Assembly (NCBI RefSeq): GCF_000237865.1
Contig: NC_017459.1
Location: 2,340,001-2,372,000 of the forward strand
Direction: 5' to 3'
Source: Haloquadratum walsbyi C23
GTDB taxonomy: Archaea > Halobacteriota > Halobacteria > Halobacteriales > Haloferacaceae
DNA: 32,000 bases
The position numbers were made by a program, and so were the translations under genes. Shown piece after piece: positions 20,033-27,987 of the stretch. A model generated the notes under the pieces. That model saw only the letters and a program-made list of their open reading frames with translations, made no database searches and was not told where the DNA came from. Each line of letters opens with the position of its first letter. Within the stretch, counting starts at the first letter, position 1.

Positions 20033-20117
20033 CGTTGCGGCGGGGATTCGAACCCCGGAGGCATTACGCCACTGAATTAGCAATCCAGCGCCTTGGGCCA
20101 GACTTGGCTACCGCAAC
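20033..20117 (-). tRNA. tRNA-Ser (anticodon GCU), class II with long variable arm, no encoded CCA
   Basis: I folded it by hand from the reverse complement. Acceptor is GTTGCGG/CCGCAAC. The anticodon arm is CTGGA-TTGCTAA-TTCAG. The variable arm is TGGCGTAATGCCTC. The T arm is CGGGG-TTCGAAT-CCCCG and the discriminator is G. Length is 85 nt. Confidence 0.9.
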
Positions 20118-20520
20118 ACACTGATTTATACTGTCGCCCGCTTGGACTCGGGAGTCGATCCCCCTACATCATATTGTATCAATTGCAAAGCGAGGTCGCT
20201 ATTTAAGACTCACGAAAGTATATCTCCGATTATACACGTCTAAGGGGTATACATCAGCAAAGAGCGTTCAAAAGAGCTGTTGTGTTGATATCGTGAAAGC
20301 TCATCAATTGAATCGGATCCTCGATGAGTCTCAGTAGATTGTGGTCCTCACCAGCAGTATCTCGCTTTGTTTCTCTGATACAGCACACTACATAGGTGAT
20401 GTAACCCAATGCTACGGTGACGACAGATACTAGAACACATGATAATTACTGATGTAGCAGTGTCGTGTTGAATGATAGCGAACGATATTTTTACGCCGAC
20501 ACACAGAAATTAGATGTTAT

Positions 20521-23007
20521 ATGTCCGATATTCGGGATGAGGTAGACGCGATTATCGATGACCGTCCCGAGACACACCGTGTTTTTACTGAGATTCTACA
20601 GATTGATACTGAACACAGCGTCTGGACATTCGAGGATATTAAAGCCGATACTGGATTATTTGGCGAATTAGTCTCCCGTGGGATTGTTGAAAAACAGGAT
20701 GATGGATATTCGCTTGCAGACCCAACTGCGGTTGATGCGGCATTAGCTAATCGAGATGATCTAAATTATGCAGAGAACACTGAGCTAGCCACAGACGGAT
20801 CACGCTCAGATGTATCAGAAATAGAATCGGATGATGATCATGGTCGACGTCAATTAAGTGATCAAATCGATATGTCGGTAGATCGAGTTATAGAGATAAT
20901 CTCCAATAATCGCGATCGTATACTCTCCGTTGTTGGAGTGTTTGCGTTGGTCGTTGTGTTTCGACTTGTTGCTGTCAGGAGTGTTTTTCAAGAAGGCTAT
21001 GTGCTTTTGCTTGGCAATGATCCCTACTTCTATCGATATTGGGTATTTGATTTTGTCACAGCGAATCGAAGCCCGCTCACCGTCGCTAATGGAATCGAGC
21101 AGGGTGAACCACTCCTCGTTGCAACACTTCAAATCGTAACAGCACTTTTCGGTGGCGGTCCTGCTGCTGCGGAGCAAGTACTGGCGTGGTATCCGGTTGC
21201 CGCTGCCGTTGTCTGTGGTGTGAGTGTGTATCTTATCGGAACCCGGCTGAGTGATGACCGGCGTGTTGGTCTGGCAAGCACTGCCATTCTTGCGACATTG
21301 CCCGTTCATGCGTACCGAACGAGTATCGGGTTTGCCGATCACCATGCGTTCGATGTAGCCATTCTCGCTGTCGTCTTTATGACAGTCGCAGCGTATGAGC
21401 GGACATCGCCGACATCGATATCTCAGCTTCTAGAACTCACACCATGGATTATCTTAGCTGGAGTTGGGATTGGTGCTCATACGCTTGCATGGAATGCAGG
21501 TGCTCTTTTATTAACGCCACTTGGAGTATATGGCGTTATTCGGGCGCTCGCAAGCGTTCGTCATGATGTGTCGGTCTTATATCGATTAACACCACTGACT
21601 GCGAGCATGGCGATTGGTGGTGGTATCGGAGTTCTTGGACATGAAGCGCTTGGGTGGCAATCAACAACGATGATCATCCCTCCAACGCTCCTTGCGATTG
21701 CACTGTTCACGCTCGCGATTGTTGCTGAGGGATGCAGACGTGTCGGACTCGATTATCGCATAACAGCTATCGGGGTCGTACTCAGTGGTGCAGCCGTGTT
21801 ACTCGGTAGTATTGAGCTGATTCCTCGGTTTGGGGATGAGTTTCGGAGTCAGACTGACAGACTAATTTCAGGTCCGGGCACGGAGAATATCTTTGAGGCA
21901 CAGTCATTATTCAGCGCTGACTTTGGATTTATTCTTGCACCAGTCATTTTCTTCGGACTCGCGATTTTCGTGAGTATAATTGTATTCATCTGGGCCAGTT
22001 GGACTGGATGGACACGTGATCGTGGTGATTTACTACTTGTCTGTGTGTATGGTGGTACATTATTCATTCTCTCATTGTTACAGGTCAGATTCGCTGGTCA
22101 TCTTGCACTGCCGGTGGCGATCCTTACTGGCATTAGTTTCGTGTGGCTCGTCGCAAAGGTGACCGACATATCCCCTCCAACTGTCCGACCGGTCGGAGTC
22201 GGCACACAGTCAACAAGTGAACAGCGCGTTGCATGGCGTCGTCATGCGACGAGTACAGATACAGACACGAACACAGACACAACCGGCTCATCAACTCGTG
22301 AAAGAAGTAGAGATTCGAGGGATGGAACAAGTCGACGACAAATCTTCACTGCCGTGATTGTACTTTTCCTGTTGGTCGGGGGACTTGGGGCTGTCATGAC
22401 GCCGGTTCGGACAGCTACACTGACATATGGTGATGATACTGCCAGCGCGATTGATGAGATGGATGCCTTCGCTACTGCTGAGAATCGAAGCTGGCCGGAG
22501 ACATATGTCCTCAGTCGCTGGGGAGACAATCGAGCGTATAACGCACATCTCAACGGCAATTCACAGAGCTATGGATATGCTCGGAGTAATTATCTTGATT
22601 TCCTTCGATCTGATGAGAGTGAGGAATGGTATCAGCAGATACAGGGTCGTGTTGGATTTATTATTATCTCGGAGATACCTGAGTTTTCAGAACTTGACTC
22701 CGAAACGATGTATGCCCGATTGCATGACCGACAGGGACTCGGAACACATTATCAACTACTGTATGCAGGTGATGAAAAGAAAGCATACGCTGTTGTCCCC
22801 GGGACGATGGTGAATGGAACCGTTAATGAGACGAAAACAAGTGTCACTATCTCTGGTAGAATGGATGTTGGGTCACACACAATGATCACTCAACGTGAAA
22901 TACCAACTAAAGATGGGTCATACACAATCCGTATTGCAACGCCTGGAACCTACACAATCGGGAATCGAACGGTCGAGGTGACACAAGAGGATGTGGTAGC
23001 TGGATAA
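20521..23007 (+). CDS. STT3/AglB-like GT-C membrane glycosyltransferase paralog with N-terminal cytoplasmic domain and degenerate WWDYG motif
   Basis: 828 aa. An acidic soluble N-terminus of about 135 aa is followed by many transmembrane helices. An EL1-type LLGNDPYFYRYW segment resembles the STT3 DPxF/Y motif, and GFADHHAFDV sits where the second acidic motif would be. The C-terminal soluble domain has VLSRWGDNRAYN where WWDYG is expected. Confidence 0.65.
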   Translation: MSDIRDEVDAIIDDRPETHRVFTEILQIDTEHSVWTFEDIKADTGLFGELVSRGIVEKQDDGYSLADPTAVDAALANRDDLNYAENTELATDGSRSDVSEIESDDDHGRRQLSDQIDMSVDRVIEIISNNRDRILSVVGVFALVVVFRLVAVRSVFQEGYVLLLGNDPYFYRYWVFDFVTANRSPLTVANGIEQGEPLLVATLQIVTALFGGGPAAAEQVLAWYPVAAAVVCGVSVYLIGTRLSDDRRVGLASTAILATLPVHAYRTSIGFADHHAFDVAILAVVFMTVAAYERTSPTSISQLLELTPWIILAGVGIGAHTLAWNAGALLLTPLGVYGVIRALASVRHDVSVLYRLTPLTASMAIGGGIGVLGHEALGWQSTTMIIPPTLLAIALFTLAIVAEGCRRVGLDYRITAIGVVLSGAAVLLGSIELIPRFGDEFRSQTDRLISGPGTENIFEAQSLFSADFGFILAPVIFFGLAIFVSIIVFIWASWTGWTRDRGDLLLVCVYGGTLFILSLLQVRFAGHLALPVAILTGISFVWLVAKVTDISPPTVRPVGVGTQSTSEQRVAWRRHATSTDTDTNTDTTGSSTRERSRDSRDGTSRRQIFTAVIVLFLLVGGLGAVMTPVRTATLTYGDDTASAIDEMDAFATAENRSWPETYVLSRWGDNRAYNAHLNGNSQSYGYARSNYLDFLRSDESEEWYQQIQGRVGFIIISEIPEFSELDSETMYARLHDRQGLGTHYQLLYAGDEKKAYAVVPGTMVNGTVNETKTSVTISGRMDVGSHTMITQREIPTKDGSYTIRIATPGTYTIGNRTVEVTQEDVVAG

Positions 23008-23058
23008 GAGTCGGTGATTGCTGTATGTGTATACTCAGACATATCACCACACAGGTAT

Positions 23059-23775
23059 TTACTGGTGCTGTTCAACGATTGAGAGGAAGTTTTCAAAGAC
23101 TCTTTTTGCAGTTTGTGTTTTTGCGTGTTGTGATGGGGTTGCTGATGTGAGGACTGTCTCAACAACCGATTCAGACACTCCTTCCTCACGCTTTCCATCC
23201 GTGACCATCTTGACAGTCTTCAGGTCGTATTCAGGATGGAACTGCACGCCATATACGGTTCCAAGTGAAAATGCTTGACAAGAGCGACTGTTTCCTGCAA
23301 GTTCAGTTGCATTTGGCGGAAGACGAACGACCTCATCAGAGTGTGTCTCAAACGCGATGAATTCAGCAGGGAAATCAGCGAATAATGGCGAGGAGTCATA
23401 TCGCTCAATTCGTTGATACCCGAGTTCATACTCGTCCATCGCGGAGACGCATCCACCAAACGTCTGTGCGATGAATTGATGCCCCCAGCAGACACCAAGC
23501 AGTGGAATATCGAGTTCATGGAGATCTCGAAGCAACTCAGCGAGCGTCTCCATCCAGGTTTCATGATCGTATACCGCAGTCTGTGATCCGGTAATAACAG
23601 CAGCATCATACGCCCATTCACCATCAGCAGTTGGCCATGGTGGTTGCTCGTCTGCACTGAGTTTGAACGCTGTTAATGATGCATCAACCTCGCGTCGGAA
23701 GTTTCGCTCTGCAGGCGTATCGCCAATTGATGCATCACACAGTGCAATGTCAAGATCACTCATATGACAATGCAA
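23059..23775 (-). CDS. class I glutamine amidotransferase (GATase1) domain protein
   Basis: The nucleophile elbow is LLGVCWGHQF, and the His/Glu pair lies in VYGVQFHPE. The true start may be the ATG at 23763 (MSDLDIAL...), which would sit about 27 nt downstream of an AT-rich TATA-like stretch. Confidence 0.85.
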   Translation of the reverse strand: MHCHMSDLDIALCDASIGDTPAERNFRREVDASLTAFKLSADEQPPWPTADGEWAYDAAVITGSQTAVYDHETWMETLAELLRDLHELDIPLLGVCWGHQFIAQTFGGCVSAMDEYELGYQRIERYDSSPLFADFPAEFIAFETHSDEVVRLPPNATELAGNSRSCQAFSLGTVYGVQFHPEYDLKTVKMVTDGKREEGVSESVVETVLTSATPSQHAKTQTAKRVFENFLSIVEQHQ

Positions 23776-23942
23776 TATAGTATATCAAATGCTATGAGTA
23801 TTGTTCGATGTGTCCACGTTCGTGCACAACCAATTTCCGATATATACACGAGTGAGAATTGGGCATCCTATAATGAACAGGAGTGAACTGTCGTTTCCTA
23901 GTGACCCAAGGATGTTTATTTTCGGGGGAGGTTAACTACGGG

Positions 23943-23965
23943 ACTCGACTCTGCACGTTTATAAA
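23943..23965. repeat. IS copy B terminal inverted repeat (stop-codon end)
   Basis: Identical to the reverse complement of 8828..8850. Confidence 0.85.
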
Positions 23966-25176
23966 CTACCCTCAGAATGGAGAAAGAGGTGGTCAATGTC
24001 TTCCATCAGTCCATCGAGATCGCGGTCTGGTTGATCGCGCACCCAGGAAAACATGTTGTAGATCGTCTCCTTGAGACCGTGTTCGAGTTGTGATCGGAGC
24101 GACGAGGCTTTCGAGACAAGTCGCTCCGAGGCGCTCGATTCCGGACCAAGCCGAAGAAGGCTGTAGGCCAGCATCTGAAGGTGCCAGTGACGACTGGCAC
24201 CGTCAGAATCACGAACCTCGCAGTCTCCTAAGCCAAGATCCTCTTTCGAGTCCTCGAAGAATGTCTCTACTCGCCATCTGTACGAATAGCTCCGAATAAT
24301 GTGTGCCGAAGGCGCGTCAATCTTGCTCGTCGCAAGATACTTTACTGGATTCTCTTTGTCCTCATCGGTAACCTTCTCTGTGATTACCAGCCGAACTTCA
24401 CCTAATTTCGAGACAGGGACTGTCTTAGTCCAAATTTTGTACGTTTCACCGTCAACTTCTCGCTCTTCCTTGTCGATGCACTCTTCGAGCGCATCGACGC
24501 GTCTCTCTTTGTTCGCGTAGGTCACCTGTCGGTTGCCCCGTAGTGGTCCAATCCAGTCCTTGCCGTGTGATTCGACGTGTTCGATCAGACCGGAGTCATG
24601 AGCAAACCATGCATCGAAGAGGTAGGTGCCCGCAGGCACACCTACCTCTTCTTCTAATTCCGTGATTATCTCTCGTGCGAGGTCGTATTTTGTCTCCTGT
24701 TCGTCTTCCTCGTCCTCGTCGTCGACCTTCTCGTACTGGCGAAAAGCAAGTGGATAGGACGTTTTATCATCGGTATAGAACGCGTAGACGAGGTTCTGTC
24801 CCCAAACAGGCTCACCCTCAGAGTGATCGTAGAACTCTCCAGCACCGGGAAGGGACTTCCCGGTTCGCTGGATGACTGAATCGTCAATAACGATATAGCC
24901 GTTTTGTGACCAGCGTGTCTCTCCGTGTTTTTGCAGTTCCTCTAACCGCTCGTGATTGAGCTGATCCTCATCCCAATCGTATTCGGTGATGAACTTGTTG
25001 AGTGCTCGGTCACTTCCGGCAGGAAGGACCTCTCGTGCAATTCCGGTTACAGTCTTGCTGCGGCCCGCAGCAAGACCTGTCACGTACGTTTTGGCGTGAG
25101 TCGTTTGATGATATGATAGCGAGTCGAATTCATCCAGCACGTCGGTGCACGAGAGGAAATCCGTAATCGGCAGCAT
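23959..25176 (-). CDS. DDE transposase (second copy)
   Basis: The 406-aa translation is identical to the 7614..8834 ORF. The spurious alternative-frame ORFs are also identical in both copies, which argues for near-100 percent nucleotide identity. Confidence 0.9.
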   Translation of the reverse strand: MLPITDFLSCTDVLDEFDSLSYHQTTHAKTYVTGLAAGRSKTVTGIAREVLPAGSDRALNKFITEYDWDEDQLNHERLEELQKHGETRWSQNGYIVIDDSVIQRTGKSLPGAGEFYDHSEGEPVWGQNLVYAFYTDDKTSYPLAFRQYEKVDDEDEEDEQETKYDLAREIITELEEEVGVPAGTYLFDAWFAHDSGLIEHVESHGKDWIGPLRGNRQVTYANKERRVDALEECIDKEEREVDGETYKIWTKTVPVSKLGEVRLVITEKVTDEDKENPVKYLATSKIDAPSAHIIRSYSYRWRVETFFEDSKEDLGLGDCEVRDSDGASRHWHLQMLAYSLLRLGPESSASERLVSKASSLRSQLEHGLKETIYNMFSWVRDQPDRDLDGLMEDIDHLFLHSEGSL

Positions 25177-25206
25177 CAAGTTTCAATGCTGCCTACATCA
25201 CGCCCC

Positions 25207-25229
25207 TATTTAAACGTGCAGAGCCGAGT
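25207..25229. repeat. IS copy B terminal inverted repeat (start-codon end)
   Basis: Reverse complement is identical to 7564..7586. Confidence 0.85.
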
Positions 25230-25330
25230 ACGGGAGATGTCATAGAAGTCATGAAGCTATTCATATCGATTTGGTTATCTAGGGATAATGCTCGTATATC
25301 GGTATGAGCCGTTGTATTTGTATATGAGTA

Positions 25331-26302
25331 TTACGAGTGTGTTGTCGGTGCATCGAGATATTTGTCATTAAGCACCCACTCGTCGTTTTCTTTTATTAGA
25401 TACTCGCCATAATACGGGACGCGATTTGCAACAGTCTCACGGAATGTCTCACGAATTTCTTCGCGTGTCATCTCACCCATCGAGCGGAGATCATCATTTC
25501 GATTTAGACAACCCTTGAGGTAACCTTCATGTGTCACACGAACGCGATGGCAATTCGCACAGAACGTTGGGTTCTCAACAGGATCGACGATTTCAACCAT
25601 CCCATCGCCGACGAAATATCGATTTCGGTCATGCATCTCACGCGTCTCGACACGGTCAGCAATATCTGCAAGCCAGTCATGGACACGTTGGATATCAATA
25701 TTCCACTCGGGATGACCAGTGAGCTCGGGCATGTATTCGATGAGTTGTAATTGTAATCCAGTGTTCTCGGAGACATGATTGACCATGTCTTCAACGTATT
25801 CAGCAGTGTGTTCAAACACAACCATATTCAATTTCACTGGAGCAAGACCAGCATCAACCGCAGCCTCAACGCCTTCGAGGACCCTGTCATACGCACCGGA
25901 TTTTGTGATTTCGGCGAACTCATCAGGATCGAGTGCATCCTGTGAGACATTTACACGTTCGAGTCCAGCCTCTTTGAGAGCGCCCGCTCGACCTGGGAGA
26001 AATGTCCCGTTCGTCGTCATCGAAACTTCCATCGATGATGGTGTGCGTCGGATGATTTCTATGAGATCATCACGAAGCATCGGCTCACCACCGGTGAATT
26101 TCACCTTTCCAATGTCGAATTCCGAGACAACTTCAAGAAAACGGACGACATCGTCGGTGCTCATCTCGTCGTCCTGTGGGTCCATCGGACCGCGGGTATC
26201 ACCAAGTCCCTCATTATGACAGTAGACACAATCGAAATTACAACGATCGGTCAAAGAGACACGGACGCCAGACACCTCGCGCCCGAATTCATCTTCGAGC
26301 AT
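25331..26302 (-). CDS. moaA: GTP 3',8-cyclase MoaA (radical SAM, molybdenum cofactor biosynthesis)
   Basis: The radical-SAM cluster is CNFDCVYC and the C-terminal cluster lies in [19 protein letters not shown]. The track ORF extends to a GTG at 26347, but the ATG at 26302 ([25 protein letters not shown]) gives the usual archaeal N-terminus. Confidence 0.9.
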   Translation of the reverse strand: MLEDEFGREVSGVRVSLTDRCNFDCVYCHNEGLGDTRGPMDPQDDEMSTDDVVRFLEVVSEFDIGKVKFTGGEPMLRDDLIEIIRRTPSSMEVSMTTNGTFLPGRAGALKEAGLERVNVSQDALDPDEFAEITKSGAYDRVLEGVEAAVDAGLAPVKLNMVVFEHTAEYVEDMVNHVSENTGLQLQLIEYMPELTGHPEWNIDIQRVHDWLADIADRVETREMHDRNRYFVGDGMVEIVDPVENPTFCANCHRVRVTHEGYLKGCLNRNDDLRSMGEMTREEIRETFRETVANRVPYYGEYLIKENDEWVLNDKYLDAPTTHS

Positions 26303-26440
26303 AAACCAATGGTTGTTGTCAATGATGATAAATTCGCTGTCACCCACGGGTTAGATGTAACTGATACTCATTACATTCTGATAATTTGAGTCGACTCGAG
26401 TGTCGGTGTGCAAAACGCTTATCGCTTGCTCGGAGTGACG

Positions 26441-27487
26441 ATGCATATGCACACTGCGACGGTCCGTGACCGACTGAGAGATGTCACAGACCCCGATTTA
26501 GAAGACGATATCGTGTCGCTTGGGCTTGTCAACGCCATTGATATTGATGAGTCGAATAATACCATCCGTATTTCATTAGCACTTGGTGCTCCGTATTCTC
26601 CCGCTGAGAGTAAAATCGCCGCACAGGTTCGTGAGGTGCTTGGGGATGTTGAATATGATCTTGATCTCGCAGCGACAATCCCATCAGTCGAGAGTGAAGA
26701 TGAGGTGCTTCCCGGTGTCACAAACGTGATTGCTGTTGCCTCTGGGAAAGGTGGCGTTGGAAAGTCAACGGTCGCAGTGAATCTTGCGACTGGATTATCA
26801 GATCTTGGTGCACGGGTTGGATTGTTTGATGCGGATATTTATGGACCAAACGTGCCGCGAATGGTTGATGCAGGTGTCCCACCAGAGACTGAGGACGAAC
26901 AAACAATCGTTCCGCCTGAGAAGTATGGCATGAAATTGATGTCAATGGCGTTTCTCGTCGGAGAGGATGACCCGGTGATTTGGCGTGGACCAATGGTACA
27001 TCAAATTCTTACCCAGCTTGTCGAGGATGTTCGATGGGGCGATCTCGATTATCTTGTATTAGATCTTCCACCAGGGACTGGCGATACACAACTGACAATT
27101 CTTCAGACACTTCCATTGACGGGGGCAGTCGTTGTGACGACACCGCAGGATGTTGCTGTTGATGACGCCCGCAAGGGACTCCGAATGTTTGGTGAACATG
27201 ACACAAATGTACTCGGGATTGTCGAAAATATGGCGTCATTCACCTGTCCTGACTGTGAATCGATTCATGATATCTTCGGTGAAGGCGGCGGACAAGTGTT
27301 TGCTGCGAATAACGATCTTCCATTCTTGGGATCCCTGCCGCTTGATCCACAGGTTCGCACTGGCAGTGATGATGGCGACCCTGCCGTGCTCGGATCCGGG
27401 GGGACTGCTGATGCGTTTGAGGCAATGACGGCGAATGTCGCGGATATGGTTGGAGTGACCCGACGGCGTGATGTCATGAATCGGTGA
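26441..27487 (+). CDS. Mrp/NBP35/ApbC-family Fe-S cluster carrier ATPase with N-terminal DUF59-like domain
   Basis: It has the deviant Walker A ASGKGGVGKST and CPDC (FTCPDCESIHDIFG). The N-terminal segment VRDRLRDVTDPDLEDDIVSLGLV is present. The start is chosen at ATG 26441; the track begins at GTG 26408. Confidence 0.9.
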   Translation: MHMHTATVRDRLRDVTDPDLEDDIVSLGLVNAIDIDESNNTIRISLALGAPYSPAESKIAAQVREVLGDVEYDLDLAATIPSVESEDEVLPGVTNVIAVASGKGGVGKSTVAVNLATGLSDLGARVGLFDADIYGPNVPRMVDAGVPPETEDEQTIVPPEKYGMKLMSMAFLVGEDDPVIWRGPMVHQILTQLVEDVRWGDLDYLVLDLPPGTGDTQLTILQTLPLTGAVVVTTPQDVAVDDARKGLRMFGEHDTNVLGIVENMASFTCPDCESIHDIFGEGGGQVFAANNDLPFLGSLPLDPQVRTGSDDGDPAVLGSGGTADAFEAMTANVADMVGVTRRRDVMNR

Positions 27488-27987
27488 TACGCTTCTCTGA
27501 GTGATTAGTTTCTTTATGAGGCTTAGAAGCGTGAGGCAGTAGATTCATCAGAAAAATGATACTCGTATTAATATAATTCGTGAGCATTCACAAAGTGAAC
27601 CTAGGAGGACTGATTGTCAATTTATTATTTCGAGGGCGTCTTGAGATAATATCTGAAAACAAAGTTGAAATTCAGGACAAGGAAGTATTTACTCAATCGA
27701 CAGATGGTCCAGCAATTAAGATTTGAAGTAACGAGTTTATTCGTGACGAGTCCCGCGCAATCGACTTTGACACGATATGCTCGCTTTCCCTATCGATATT
27801 GGGGGCAAAAATAAGTGAATCATATTGGAGGACAGGAATTAAAAGAATGTCGTCGTATCCGGTGTGTCGCCAATCGATGTTCTCAAACGATGTATCACAC
27901 CAATTTGGGAATAACCGTATATCAGTGGACACTCAACCACAGACACAAGGACTAATTCATTTCACATGCCAGTAACCATATCACCAG

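Larger units (their letters stand above)
23943..25229 (-). mobile_element. IS element copy B, inverted relative to copy A
   Basis: It has the same termini as copy A (23943..23965 ACTCGACTCTGCACGTTTATAAA; 25207..25229 is the reverse complement of ACTCGGCTCTGCACGTTTAAATA). The 5-bp direct repeat ACGGG lies at 23938..23942 and 25230..25234. Coordinates map to copy A as x to 32793 minus x. Confidence 0.9.

Noticed and set aside
20118-20520. Possible ncRNA or regulatory element in the 400-bp divergent region between tRNA-Ser and the GT-C gene (small hairpin GACTC gg GAGTC at about 20145..20156)
   Set aside because: The hairpin has a 2-nt loop and a 5-bp stem, which is structurally weak. There is no other repeat or conserved-looking structure, so it is most simply promoter and leader DNA for the two divergent genes.
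7564-25229. Composite transposon made of the two IS copies carrying the 15-kb segment
   Set aside because: Each copy has its own matching 5-bp target duplication (ATTAC, ACGGG), so there is no shared outer duplication. The cargo is the universally conserved ribosomal/RNAP gene block in its canonical archaeal order. Two independent insertions into core DNA is the better explanation.
26303-26347. GTG-initiated N-terminal extensions in the track (moaA to 26347, mrp from 26408, aminotransferase from 29888, rpl18e to 17267)
   Set aside because: In each case an internal ATG gives the family-typical N-terminus or a stop/start overlap with the upstream gene. The extensions are read-through of intergenic or overlapping sequence.
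27693-27932. 79-aa minus-strand ORF in the AT-rich gap upstream of the dehydratase gene
   Set aside because: It is mildly acidic, so it cannot be excluded. However, it has no recognisable motif, it lies in a very AT-rich region where random ORFs are easy to find, and no promoter or partner gene is evident. There is not enough support to call it.
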